From positions 24,563-88,562 of IMG/VR virus record IMGVR_UViG_3300032242_001752: a stretch of DNA of 64,000 nucleotides, one strand, 5' to 3'. A program made the position numbers and the translations under genes. Of the stretch, positions 9,762 to 20,223 are shown piece by piece. The notes beneath the pieces are model-generated. The model did no database searches. It was not told the DNA's origin and saw only the letters and a list, made by a program, of their open reading frames with translations. Position 1 is the first letter of the stretch; every line of letters begins with the position of its first letter. This DNA is from a virus.

Positions 9762-10048
9762 TGCCTATTTATCTTGGCTCTAGATATGAAAAAATGCCAG
9801 TTAAGTTCTTTACGTTTAATCCCAATAGAGACCCTGGACCTGTAGTTTACTACGAATTTTCTTCAGTACCTACATCTAAAATGAACTACTCCGTATATCA
9901 GTGGAAGACCGGTGACCGCATAGAATCTTTGGCTGCCCAGTTTTATTCTTACCCTACTAAATGGTGGATTATTGCTGACCATAACCCGCAGATTTCTGAC
10001 TGGTTAAACGTTCCTATTGGCACAGAGATTAGGATTCCGCGTGCCTAG
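9761..10048 (+). CDS. LysM-like baseplate protein (P2 gpX-like)
   Basis: GDRIESLAAQFY...WWIIADHNP...GTEIRIP. Confidence 0.85.
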   Translation: MPIYLGSRYEKMPVKFFTFNPNRDPGPVVYYEFSSVPTSKMNYSVYQWKTGDRIESLAAQFYSYPTKWWIIADHNPQISDWLNVPIGTEIRIPRA

Positions 10049-11387
10049 TACAGTTAGTCTACTAGCAGATAACGGCGCAGTTACCTCTGGTTATGCGTCT
10101 GTTTATTTTCCTGAAAGCCCTAATGCTCCTAGAAGGGTATATAAAGTTACCCTTCGGCAAGAAGTATTTTCGCATGACTATGCTGATATTTATTTCAGGG
10201 ACTGGAAAGTAAATCCTTCTACTATTAAACCAATGACTAAAATAGTATTAACTATTAGAAATAAGAAATACCACGGATTTGTTCATAATGTTGAGAATGT
10301 TCAGGAGTCCGCTAAGAACTTTACAAAGATTGGTTTCATAGGTGCTTCACACGTATTTAGGCAGTCTAGCCAAAAGATTTATCGTGATGTAACTGCTAGC
10401 CAGGTGATTGTTGAGTTGGCAAAGAAGTATAACTTTGCATATAAAGTTACCCCACATAAGAGAGTCTATTCTTCTATTGTTCAAGGTGGCCGAACTGATT
10501 GGCAGCTAATGGTAGATTTAGCTAATGAATGTGGTTACTTCTTACGAGCAGAAAACACCGAGATTTACTTTCACCCATTAATGGAAGACTTTAACTACTA
10601 TATAAATGAAGCTGTAATTTTTGATAAGGGCGACGCTGGATTTAAAGGCAGAAGACCAATCTATAATTTTAGTCCGGTAATTAGCGAAACCATGACCCAC
10701 TTTGGTTTTAAAAAAGCCGCTACTTCTATTGCTGGTGTTAACCCTATTGACGGAACTACCTTTAAAATTACTAATCAAGACCCGTTTACCCCTAACCGTG
10801 TAAGCTCAAACCCTGAATCTTTTGACGACCATGATACTACTGCTGTAGCAAATGACTATACTACTGCATCACTTTTGGCTAAAAGTTCAGATGACTATAG
10901 TAGCTTTCCATACATTGCGGATGTAGACACCATCGGTATTGAAAAAGTACGCCCATGCCTTCCCGTATACCTAAATAACGTAGGTGACCAATACTCAGGA
11001 TACTGGACGGTCTTAAGTATTAGGCATGAAGTAATTGAGGCTCAGTTAAATCAGCCGCTATACACATGTTCCATGACCGTAGCCACTGACTCTTTAGGGC
11101 AAATATCTGATCCTAATAAGCCTGTTATTCCACCAACTAATCCAGTTAGAACTATTATTCCTAATGTAGATAATACGGTTATTGTTCCACAAACTGTTAT
11201 TAATAGTCCTGGTTTATCTATTATTCCAATTCCACAATACGAAATTGTTGATAGAATTAACCGTCCAGGTATTGATGTTCAGCTAGCTTCTGTGTCTAAG
11301 TGGGCATCTACTCACGGCGACCTTAATTACAGATATAGTGAAAATAACATGCCGCCTATTGTCCGTGCAAAGGTGATTACGATATGA
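10041..11387 (+). CDS. Baseplate hub protein (gpD/gp44/VgrG-like)
   Basis: TASQVIVELAKKY, QGGRTDWQLMVDLANECGY, YSGYWTVLSIRH; GTG start at 10041 inferred. Confidence 0.8.
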   Translation: MPSTVSLLADNGAVTSGYASVYFPESPNAPRRVYKVTLRQEVFSHDYADIYFRDWKVNPSTIKPMTKIVLTIRNKKYHGFVHNVENVQESAKNFTKIGFIGASHVFRQSSQKIYRDVTASQVIVELAKKYNFAYKVTPHKRVYSSIVQGGRTDWQLMVDLANECGYFLRAENTEIYFHPLMEDFNYYINEAVIFDKGDAGFKGRRPIYNFSPVISETMTHFGFKKAATSIAGVNPIDGTTFKITNQDPFTPNRVSSNPESFDDHDTTAVANDYTTASLLAKSSDDYSSFPYIADVDTIGIEKVRPCLPVYLNNVGDQYSGYWTVLSIRHEVIEAQLNQPLYTCSMTVATDSLGQISDPNKPVIPPTNPVRTIIPNVDNTVIVPQTVINSPGLSIIPIPQYEIVDRINRPGIDVQLASVSKWASTHGDLNYRYSENNMPPIVRAKVITI

Positions 11388-12112
11388 GTCGCGTAGGTCA
11401 GTATTTTGGTATTTATAGAGGAGTAGTTGTTGCTACTAACGACCCTCTTAATAAAAATAGAGTCATGCTTAAGGTTCCACAGGTTTCGGGAGAAGAAGTC
11501 ACTAACTGGGCCTGGCCTATTATCGGCGCATCTGCAAATAAAAAAACACCGTACGGTTCTTGGATTAGCACAGCCACGCAAACAACTGCAGATAGTACTA
11601 TAAATAACATAATTGCTTTGGACACTGTAGAAGGAAGCTACGGCATAGATTTAATTAACCCTAGTACTACGACCCCGGCCACTTCTGCAATTAAGTTTAG
11701 CTATGCTGGCACGTACAATATTCAGATATCTGCTCAGTTATACACCACTATCGGTGGAAATGGTTTTTTAAACGCGGATATGTGGATGAGACAGAATGGT
11801 ATAGATGTGCCAAATTCTGTGGGTTCTATATCTGTCGGTTCTAAAAACCCTTATACAGTTGCTAGCTGGAATTACATAATAGATATTTCTGCTGGTGATA
11901 CTTTACAGTGGATTTGGCACGTAAATACCTCTACGTCCACCTCTTTGCTTGCCACCTCTGCACAAGCTGGTCCGCCTGCTCAACCTGAAACTCCTTCATT
12001 TACCGTGTCTGCTACGCATGTGAGTGGCTATTTACCTAGTCCTGGAAATCCTTGCTGGGTTATGTTTGAGGGCGGAAACCCTAATTTTCCACTATGGTTA
12101 GGAACATTCTAA
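11384..12112 (+). CDS. Baseplate spike-family protein: gp5/gpV OB-fold with internal insertion
   Basis: YRGVVV..NDP...RV..KVP...TNWAWP at N-term; P..G..CWVMFEGGNPNFPLWLG at extreme C-term. Confidence 0.8.
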   Translation: MSRVGQYFGIYRGVVVATNDPLNKNRVMLKVPQVSGEEVTNWAWPIIGASANKKTPYGSWISTATQTTADSTINNIIALDTVEGSYGIDLINPSTTTPATSAIKFSYAGTYNIQISAQLYTTIGGNGFLNADMWMRQNGIDVPNSVGSISVGSKNPYTVASWNYIIDISAGDTLQWIWHVNTSTSTSLLATSAQAGPPAQPETPSFTVSATHVSGYLPSPGNPCWVMFEGGNPNFPLWLGTF

Positions 12113-12538
12113 ATGAGTGAAATGCAATTAAATTATCCATTTGCTTTTGGTAAAAGCGGAGATAGCGCTTATATTACTGGAGTATCTGATACTAACGACT
12201 ATAGGATTATTTGGCAAAATAGAATCCTTCTTACGCTTGGAACTAGGCCCGGAGAACGGGTTATGCGACCAGATTTTGGCAGCAACCTATATAGCGCATT
12301 ATACGAAAATGAATCTACGGCTGCTGAAATAGCCCATGACAGCATTGTTCAAGCATTTAGCAAGTGGCTATCTGACCTAGAACTTAAGACCATAACTCCG
12401 TTATTTGACGCAAATACCGGGTTAATGACTGTGACAATTGTCTACGGACTGCCAAATGGTGAAGTAGATAGTGTTACAATTAATACAGGTATTTTTAACC
12501 GAGCTGGCGAGCTTATTCAGGAGATAAAGAATGTCTAG
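12113..12538 (+). CDS. Baseplate wedge protein (T4 gp25/GPW family)
   Basis: LGTRPGERVMRPDFGS motif. Confidence 0.9.
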   Translation: MSEMQLNYPFAFGKSGDSAYITGVSDTNDYRIIWQNRILLTLGTRPGERVMRPDFGSNLYSALYENESTAAEIAHDSIVQAFSKWLSDLELKTITPLFDANTGLMTVTIVYGLPNGEVDSVTINTGIFNRAGELIQEIKNV

Positions 12539-14699
12539 TACAGTAACCTCTACTGTAACTTATATCCCGCAAATTGATTACACTTCTAGGGATTATGTTT
12601 CCATAGTCAACGATTTGACTACTATTGCCCAGCAGTTCAACCCTACCTGGAGTGCTAGCGATCCTACGGATATCGGTGTTACTCTAATTGAGCTATTTGC
12701 CTATTTAGGTGACCTATTAAATTATTATGCAGACCGTTCTGCATCAGAAGGGTTCCTAGCTACAGCTAGTCAGAGACAAAGCATTTTGCAATTAGCAGCT
12801 ATGTTTGGATATACCGTTACTACTAATCAACCAGCGGTTGCAACAATTACGCTTGCAAATACTTCTGGAAGCTCTGTCACTGTGCCTGCATTAACCCAAT
12901 TAAAATCTACCCAGGTAGTTAACGGACAAAATACAGATGTTACTTTTGAACTAGATGCTGATACTACTATTTCAGCAAACAGTTCTGTTACCACTACGGC
13001 TACTCAGGGCATTACATATTCGAATGTTACTCTAGGAACTTCCACAGGCGCGCCTAATCAAGTATTTAAAATTAATGCTATTGGCGTAATAGTTAATGGC
13101 GTAGGAGCTACTGCAAGCCTTAAAGTGTATGTCGGTACTACACAGTACACTTATGTGTCTTCTCTAATTGACAGCGCTTCTTATGACTCTACATTTACTA
13201 CATCAATTGATGCTGATGGTTACACCTACATCATTTTTGGAGATGGAGTAGCTGGCCGTATTCCACCAGCATCTTTGACTGTAAGCGCTACTTATAGACT
13301 TGGAGTAGGTTCTCAAGGAAACGTCCCCGCAGGTACTATTCTAAGCCTAGCTACTAATAACGTATCTAACGTTACCGTTACTCAACCTTCTGCTGCCACT
13401 GGCGGAGCTGATATAGAAAGCAGCGACTCAATTAGAGTTAATGCTCCAAGAGCGTTAAGAACTTTGCGCAGAGCAGTTTCATTAAAAGATTATGCTTACA
13501 TGGCTTTACAAGTAGCCGGTGTAGCAAAAGCTATTGCAGACTCATCTGTATGGACCACAGTTAACTTATATATTGGACCTTACAGCACTGCCGCTACAAG
13601 TACATATGGGCCTTACACCGGTGTTACTGCCATTGCTGCCACTGCATCAGACAGTACTACCGGAAGCGGTTATCTAACCTACACTTGTGCAAACTCCGGA
13701 TTAGCTGTTGGTCAATATGTAACAGTTACAGGTATGGCACCTGTTAACTATAATATTTACACTCCCGCATTAATAACATACGCAGATACTACGAAGTTTA
13801 CTGTTGCGGGTAGCATAGCAGGAACATTTAATCAGTCGTTATCTGCTACAGCCCAAGTAACATCTACAGGCTCTAACTCATCTGATTTTAATACTTTAGC
13901 TAGCACAGTTCTTACCTACTTCACTGATAAGGTAGCTCCAAACGTTACGCTTAACGTACTTCCTCCTACATATGTGCAACTTAACTTAGATATGACTGTT
14001 CAAGTTTTAAAACAGTATCAGCAATCAGCTGTTTTGGCTCAAGTAAATAACGTTTTATCAAATCTATTTGATTATACAAACGCATTCTTTGCTGATAAAG
14101 TTCCGCAGCAGTATATTCTTCAGGCTTTAAGTAATATTGATGGTGTAGACATCACTACAAAAGTAACTCATCTTCGCAAAAATAAAGATGAAAAAATCTT
14201 TAGCGTGGCTAGCTGGACAGCTACTACCTCAGCAGTTACTCTAACAACTACTGCTGCGCACACAATAACTGTGGGCTCTACGATTAGGGTTTATAACGTA
14301 GACCCTACTATTGATGGCTCATATACAGTAACCTCTGTGGGAAGCACGACAGTTACGTTTAACCTAACTGGAACTGCTACTCCTACAGGTATTACGGCAT
14401 CTGCATGGACTACTGCGTCTACACAGTTAACTGGTTTATCAAGCGTTGCAGGTATTACTGTCGGTATGAACGTTACTGGAACTAACTTAGTAAGCACTGT
14501 AAAATCGGTTGGTACTACAACTATTGACCTTGTTACTAAGCCAACGGGCTCTGGTTCAGGAGCGCTTACGTTTACTAAGCCATATACAGCTGCAGATAAC
14601 TACGTTAAAGTAGTTGCTGTAGATGACATTGTATGTGCTACAAATGAAATTCCTATTCAAGGCATATTTAATATTACCGCTGTTGGCGGACTTTCTTAA
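12531..14699 (+). CDS. Baseplate wedge protein (gpJ/T4 gp6-like) with inserted beta domains
   Basis: IDYTSRDY, DIGVTLIELFAY, FGDGVAGRIP, GGADIES, RAVSLKDY. Confidence 0.9.
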   Translation: MSSTVTSTVTYIPQIDYTSRDYVSIVNDLTTIAQQFNPTWSASDPTDIGVTLIELFAYLGDLLNYYADRSASEGFLATASQRQSILQLAAMFGYTVTTNQPAVATITLANTSGSSVTVPALTQLKSTQVVNGQNTDVTFELDADTTISANSSVTTTATQGITYSNVTLGTSTGAPNQVFKINAIGVIVNGVGATASLKVYVGTTQYTYVSSLIDSASYDSTFTTSIDADGYTYIIFGDGVAGRIPPASLTVSATYRLGVGSQGNVPAGTILSLATNNVSNVTVTQPSAATGGADIESSDSIRVNAPRALRTLRRAVSLKDYAYMALQVAGVAKAIADSSVWTTVNLYIGPYSTAATSTYGPYTGVTAIAATASDSTTGSGYLTYTCANSGLAVGQYVTVTGMAPVNYNIYTPALITYADTTKFTVAGSIAGTFNQSLSATAQVTSTGSNSSDFNTLASTVLTYFTDKVAPNVTLNVLPPTYVQLNLDMTVQVLKQYQQSAVLAQVNNVLSNLFDYTNAFFADKVPQQYILQALSNIDGVDITTKVTHLRKNKDEKIFSVASWTATTSAVTLTTTAAHTITVGSTIRVYNVDPTIDGSYTVTSVGSTTVTFNLTGTATPTGITASAWTTASTQLTGLSSVAGITVGMNVTGTNLVSTVKSVGTTTIDLVTKPTGSGSGALTFTKPYTAADNYVKVVAVDDIVCATNEIPIQGIFNITAVGGLS

Positions 14700-14710
14700 G
14701 GAGAAAATAA

Positions 14711-15421
14711 ATGGCAAGCTATCCAAGTAACGTTAAATCGTTTACAACTAAGGTTGACGGAGTCACTACAGTCGCCGCCGCTGACATTAATGACGTTCAA
14801 AGTGAAATTGTAGCTGTTGAGACAGCTCTGGGCACTAACCCTGCTACTTCTGTGCTAGGTTCTGGCTCTATTGGCTCATACACAGCTGCTCCGGGCACAC
14901 TAACTAACGTGAGTGCCAGGCTTCAAAATATTGAGGCCGGACTTAGTGCCAGCTCTACAGACGGTTCTCGCATTGGATACACTCAATTAGCCACTGGTTC
15001 TGTTGGTACATCTACTTCTATCACGGTTGCTGGTGCTAGCTATGTAAAACTTGTTGTAGTAATAAATATTACTACTATTGGTTCTGGTACAGCTATTACT
15101 ATGGGCGCAAACAGTGCCACCTCATCTAAATACGGTCACTTTAGCTTTGCCGCTACTCCAGCAGGTTTGGGTAGCGCAGCTGGTTCTGGTGGTATTCCGG
15201 TGTCTAGCGCACAGGTTCCTGCAAGCGGTGACACTATCACAGTTGAATTCTACAACGTTGCTGGTGCTGGAGTTAAGCCTGTTAGCTTTATTAACGCGTA
15301 TGGTTGGGGTACCGGCGCTTTGATTTCTGGTGGAACAGTTACCTCTGCTATTACTACAATTACTATAACCTGTAGCACAGCTCCAACTACATCTACTTAC
15401 ACAGTTTACGGCGTTAAGTAA
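14711..15421 (+). CDS. Putative tail fibre/minor tail protein
   Basis: ADINDVQSEIVAVETALG N-terminus; Ser/Thr/Gly-rich beta C-terminus. Confidence 0.55.
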   Translation: MASYPSNVKSFTTKVDGVTTVAAADINDVQSEIVAVETALGTNPATSVLGSGSIGSYTAAPGTLTNVSARLQNIEAGLSASSTDGSRIGYTQLATGSVGTSTSITVAGASYVKLVVVINITTIGSGTAITMGANSATSSKYGHFSFAATPAGLGSAAGSGGIPVSSAQVPASGDTITVEFYNVAGAGVKPVSFINAYGWGTGALISGGTVTSAITTITITCSTAPTTSTYTVYGVK

Positions 15422-15432
15422 CAGGAAAATAA

Positions 15433-18400
15433 ATGACAATCTATGGTTCTAAACCCTATTACTCTTTTACATACGGTTCTCCGGCTGTATTAGACTTTAG
15501 CATATCTCCGTTTAAAGCGATTGCTACGGACTATGGAACTATATCTTTGTCTTGGTATATGCCTGGTTATGATGCTACTTTCTCAAAGTTAATCGTATTA
15601 AGAAGCGCACTAGGATTTCCTACAACTGCTGACGAAGGCGATTTAATTTATTCCACGACTAAGGTTGCTTTGTCTGTTGGAGGAAGCGGAACCCCAGTTA
15701 CTTTAACTGGAGTAACATCATCCGGAACTAAATTTACAGTGTCTAGCACTACTGGTTTATCTGTAGGACAAACTATTACAGTGACTTCAGGTACGGGTAC
15801 TTTATCCACTTCCGATATTACATATATTTCACAAATACTTAGTTCTACAACTTTTTCAGTTAATCTGGCACCTAGCGTTGCGCTCTCTGGAGCTACCATA
15901 ACTGCAACTAATTCTTTGTTAAATAAGAAGTTTACCTATGTAGATAGTGGTGCGTATATCGACCAGCTAACTGGCTCTACAACTCCTACATACACTGCAA
16001 CTACAGCGTTAGCTGTAAATAATGACACTCGCGTTACGCTAAAAGCAAGCAATTCAAACATTGCTGTTAAACAGTCAGTTACATATAAATCCAGCGGAAA
16101 AACTACAGGTCCTAACTCCGGTAGCGGTATCGTTGGTGGAACTACTGTTGCATCTATCAACGGAACTTCTTTAGTTCTTAGCGACTACGCTAATATCCCA
16201 TCTGATACCGTACTAACATTTTCCCCTGTTTCTTTAGATACAGGGCAGACTTATTACTACTCTATCTTTGTATATTCAAATAACTATTGGCAAAGAGTAG
16301 GTAAGCCTGCTGCCGGAGTTTCTATTAAAAATTATAATACCGCAACAACGATGTATGAACATTTGCCAGAGGTGTATCGTTCTCCTGCCGCGCTATCGTC
16401 ATTCTCCACTGCTACTCAAAACGTAGATCTGTATAACTTTTTACGAGTATTTGCTGTTCAGTACGATCTTACAAAGACTATGATTGATAACGCTAAGAAT
16501 AGATATGATGTTAAAAATCTTGATGGTCGTATGATTCCCGCTATGCTGGCGAGTTTTGGATTTAACTATGAAAGTGTTTTAGGGCTTCAGCAAGCTAGAA
16601 GGCTGCTTCAATACGCATCCTTTATTTATTTGAATAAAGGCTCTGTAAAAGGGCTTAAAGAGTTTATTGCAGCATTTGCGGGTTATAACGTGACTATTGG
16701 TAGCATAAAAAATCTTCTGCTTACACTAGACTGCTCTTCTTTTGAAAACGGAACTGGTTTTTGGGATATTACTTCCGGTACAGCCACTATAACTAATACC
16801 AACTCAACAACAGAAGGCGGAAGTCCGGCCCCTTATTTAGAGGCTAATTCTCCAGTGGGTTACTTAAATAAACAGGCTGGTTATCTAAAAGTATCTGCAA
16901 CCTCCGGCGCGTCTGCTGTAACTATCAGCTACGGAAACTCATTAGATGATTATGCAATTAGCACAACGGTTACTACAACCACTACGGGTTATGTAACCTT
17001 AACTACTGATAAATCTAACCCATTTACTGTAGGTCAATCGGTAAATATTAAAGGCCTTTCCCCAGCATCTGTAAACGGTGTTTATAAAATAGTTAGCGTA
17101 AGTTCCTCCAGAGTATTTACTTTAGCTAATGCCGCTGTTTCATCAGGAACTGCTATTTCGGGGTCAGGTTTTGCATCCGTATTTGATCCTACTTTGTATG
17201 GAGTACCTGTAACTGCCGGTAACTACTATAAATTAGGTATTTATAGCCAACCAAAAACTGGAAGCAGTTGCAGTATTACAGTTGGTATTAACTGGTATGA
17301 CCAATTTGGGTCATACTTAAGCACTGTATTTGATGGCCCTTACGGTGCAACTACCCCTGGTTCTTGGACTCAAACTATAAATACTGCCCAGCTTGCTCCG
17401 GCAAGAGCCGCATACGCTGTTCCTTACTTTACCCTAGATACATTTACTGGTACTCCGGACGTAGAATACTTTGATGCAGCGCAGTTTGAACAAGCCTATA
17501 GTACGGCATATAATCCGCTTCCATACACAGACGCTAGACGTTTAGATTTGTATTTAACTCCTACCAGAGCTAATGAAATTATTAATCCTGGTTTTGAAAC
17601 ATCTGTAGCTAACTGGTCAGTTACTAATGGAAGCATTGCTCTAGAAACTGGGGCATCTAATATTTATCCAACCGCTAGCATTGGCGCAGGTACTTCTGTA
17701 AGTGCTGGATCAGCTAAGATTACGGCAACAGGTTCGATTACCACACTTACTCAACTACTTTCAATATCTAACGTGTCCGTAGCCACTAGCGGAAGGTTAC
17801 TTATTGGAACAGGGTATAGCACTTATGGAACCAATAATTTATCCCTAGGCCAAACTATAACTAAAATATCTGGAACGGGTACTTTAGCAGCTAGTACCTT
17901 GATATCGTCTATTCAATCTTCTTCAAGATTTACAGTTAGCCCTAACCCAACTGGTAGTGGAAATATGACTATTGGTGTATCTGGCACTAAAATACTTCCA
18001 AATTTATCTTATGCACTTAGTATGTACGTAAGCGGAACAGCCGGAGCAACAATAACTCCTACAGTTGTTTGGAAAAATTCTTCTGGAACTACTGTTCAAA
18101 CAGATACTGGCTCAGCTACTACGCTAACTTCTTCGTTCCAGAGAGTATCTTTACTGCCATCTTCTATTTTTGGAACGGTATCTACTTCTTCATTATTTAG
18201 CACATCATTAGTTTTAACAACTGACATTTCTGCAGTCACTGGTCAATCGGTAAGCGGTGCAGGCATTTTAGCCGGAACTACCGTATCTTCTTACAATAGT
18301 AGTACTAAAACTATTACGCTTAGCCAAGCCGCAACTGTAACTGCTGGAACAACTATTACCATAAGCCAAATGGTATCTCCGGCAACGGCATCTATTGCAG

Positions 18401-18678
18401 TAATTAACTTTGTATTTAATGGAGCTAACGGAAACGTGTACTATGTAGACTCCGTGCTTTTTGAGCTTGCAGCCAGTGCCTTGCCGTACTTTGATGGAGG
18501 AACTGGCTATAGGATGACTGACGACCTTATCTGGGAAAGTAATTCTGTTACAGATGGTAGAGGATTGTACTACAAAAATAGGTCTGCGGCTATTGCTAGA
18601 CTTAATACAGAGTTAACTGAGTATATTCCTATGGGAGCTACTTTTGCCTTAATCACAGGCCGCTCAGCATTGTATTGA
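15433..18678 (+). CDS. Large baseplate/tail protein (gpI-like core plus CBM-like domains)
   Basis: MYEHLPEVYR...YLNKGSVKGLKEF core; NPGFET and YFDAAQFEQ carbohydrate-binding-like motifs. Confidence 0.7.
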   Translation: MTIYGSKPYYSFTYGSPAVLDFSISPFKAIATDYGTISLSWYMPGYDATFSKLIVLRSALGFPTTADEGDLIYSTTKVALSVGGSGTPVTLTGVTSSGTKFTVSSTTGLSVGQTITVTSGTGTLSTSDITYISQILSSTTFSVNLAPSVALSGATITATNSLLNKKFTYVDSGAYIDQLTGSTTPTYTATTALAVNNDTRVTLKASNSNIAVKQSVTYKSSGKTTGPNSGSGIVGGTTVASINGTSLVLSDYANIPSDTVLTFSPVSLDTGQTYYYSIFVYSNNYWQRVGKPAAGVSIKNYNTATTMYEHLPEVYRSPAALSSFSTATQNVDLYNFLRVFAVQYDLTKTMIDNAKNRYDVKNLDGRMIPAMLASFGFNYESVLGLQQARRLLQYASFIYLNKGSVKGLKEFIAAFAGYNVTIGSIKNLLLTLDCSSFENGTGFWDITSGTATITNTNSTTEGGSPAPYLEANSPVGYLNKQAGYLKVSATSGASAVTISYGNSLDDYAISTTVTTTTTGYVTLTTDKSNPFTVGQSVNIKGLSPASVNGVYKIVSVSSSRVFTLANAAVSSGTAISGSGFASVFDPTLYGVPVTAGNYYKLGIYSQPKTGSSCSITVGINWYDQFGSYLSTVFDGPYGATTPGSWTQTINTAQLAPARAAYAVPYFTLDTFTGTPDVEYFDAAQFEQAYSTAYNPLPYTDARRLDLYLTPTRANEIINPGFETSVANWSVTNGSIALETGASNIYPTASIGAGTSVSAGSAKITATGSITTLTQLLSISNVSVATSGRLLIGTGYSTYGTNNLSLGQTITKISGTGTLAASTLISSIQSSSRFTVSPNPTGSGNMTIGVSGTKILPNLSYALSMYVSGTAGATITPTVVWKNSSGTTVQTDTGSATTLTSSFQRVSLLPSSIFGTVSTSSLFSTSLVLTTDISAVTGQSVSGAGILAGTTVSSYNSSTKTITLSQAATVTAGTTITISQMVSPATASIAVINFVFNGANGNVYYVDSVLFELAASALPYFDGGTGYRMTDDLIWESNSVTDGRGLYYKNRSAAIARLNTELTEYIPMGATFALITGRSALY

Positions 18679-18702
18679 CGTTTTATATTTTTTGTGTATA
18701 CT
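18675..18702 (+). promoter_or_regulatory. Sigma-A-type promoter for replication module
   Basis: TTGACG-16nt-TATACT with extended -10 TG. Confidence 0.6.
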
Positions 18703-18728
18703 GATACTTCCGTTCATAGGAGGTAAAT

Positions 18729-19349
18729 ATGAGACGAGTAACCATCGCGGTTATAGGTAACGCAAAAACAACCAGGGCTAACGTAGAGGCCCTAATTAGT
18801 GATGTAGTGGATTCGGTTGACGAAGCTGCTATTGCCACAGTATATGATGAGACCCCATCTGAGGGCATTGTCTGGGCTCAACAGTGGGCTGCCGATAAAG
18901 GCATCAAGTTAAATAATTATCCGAGCAATAACTACACTCAGTTATTTGAAGATTACAAGGCTGAAGACGTAAAGTTCTTCATGCTTTGGTCTGATGAAGA
19001 TACCGAGTGTCAACTAGCGGCCTCAAAGGCTCAGGAAGCCCGTGTAATGGCTTATGACCTTACAGACGGACTTATACACATACCGCTCAATTCTAACCCC
19101 ATCTTGCGCCCACAGGAGCCCAAAATACCGGTAGCTGAAACTGTTACGGTAGTTACACCAGAGCCAGCTGTGGAAATTAAAGCAACTCCTGATATTGAAG
19201 TGGCCGAGGAAGATGAAGAAATCATCGACAATGTTGATTACGATAGTGAGTATGACCTAGAGGAAACTCTAACTGTGCTAGTATCTGAACTTGGTAAAAT
19301 CTTTGCGCGTTCATTCGCCAAAGAGTTTAAAAAAATTATCAAGGACTAG
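18729..19349 (+). CDS. Hypothetical protein (Rossmann-like N-terminus, acidic C-terminus)
   Basis: ORF track; SD GGAGG. Confidence 0.65.
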   Translation: MRRVTIAVIGNAKTTRANVEALISDVVDSVDEAAIATVYDETPSEGIVWAQQWAADKGIKLNNYPSNNYTQLFEDYKAEDVKFFMLWSDEDTECQLAASKAQEARVMAYDLTDGLIHIPLNSNPILRPQEPKIPVAETVTVVTPEPAVEIKATPDIEVAEEDEEIIDNVDYDSEYDLEETLTVLVSELGKIFARSFAKEFKKIIKD

Positions 19350-19350
19350 T

Positions 19351-20223
19351 ATGCCAATTGAACTAAGTAGGCAAGCGCAGGATTGCCTAGCATTCCTGTA
19401 CCTAAATCCTACACTTACAATTAATCACCGTACCCTGATGGAGCACAAGGGCTTAAGCAGACGAAAGAGCCTATCTGTCCTACAGGAGCTACGAGACGCA
19501 AACTGCCTCAAAATGACTAGACTAGTCGGAGGCGGAACTAAAACTAAAGTGGTAATGTCAGACGTGACCAAATCGGTATTGTCTGGTTATCGCCATATAG
19601 CAGTACAGCTAGTAAGCAGTATTTACAATAGCTATACAGCTAGTACTACTAATATAGCTACAAATAAATTCCTCGACGAGGTCGAGGGGAAGGAAAAGCA
19701 AGTGGGTTATGATTTCTTTGAAAAGACTTCGTCTCCGGATGATGAGACTCTGGTGGAGCGTGCAAAGCACATGGCTGCTAAGAAAGCTGAGTACGCGGAG
19801 GTTCGCGAGGCTAAGGCGCAAAAACACAAGGACCAACACCGCTCTAAGATCGCACCGGTACACTGGACCTGCAAGGATGTCGCGTACGAGTTTGCCGATA
19901 GGATGGCAGACATATGGACTATCAAACCATTCAATGTCACGCAGTCAAGATTCGTACAGGCCCTTTCCGTATTCCGGAAACAGCAGGATACGAATGGAGA
20001 GTTGGAGCTTAAGCTCATCGAACTATTCTTCAGCACCATCAAGCATGACAAATACACAGATGGCAACCATCTCTGGAGAGCCTTCCTCTACAAAGCCCCC
20101 AGTTTGCTAACGCAGGCTCGAGAGAGTATTATCACCGTAGAGCAGATGGAAACGAATATTATTCGGGACCAAGAATTAACTAACCGTAAGCTTGCTCTGC
20201 TAGACGAGGATGACGATGTATAA
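19351..20223 (+). CDS. Putative replication initiator (N-terminal HTH)
   Basis: wHTH-like N-term, low-complexity linker, directly upstream of DnaC-like ATPase; start at ATG 19351 inferred. Confidence 0.55.
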   Translation: MPIELSRQAQDCLAFLYLNPTLTINHRTLMEHKGLSRRKSLSVLQELRDANCLKMTRLVGGGTKTKVVMSDVTKSVLSGYRHIAVQLVSSIYNSYTASTTNIATNKFLDEVEGKEKQVGYDFFEKTSSPDDETLVERAKHMAAKKAEYAEVREAKAQKHKDQHRSKIAPVHWTCKDVAYEFADRMADIWTIKPFNVTQSRFVQALSVFRKQQDTNGELELKLIELFFSTIKHDKYTDGNHLWRAFLYKAPSLLTQARESIITVEQMETNIIRDQELTNRKLALLDEDDDV

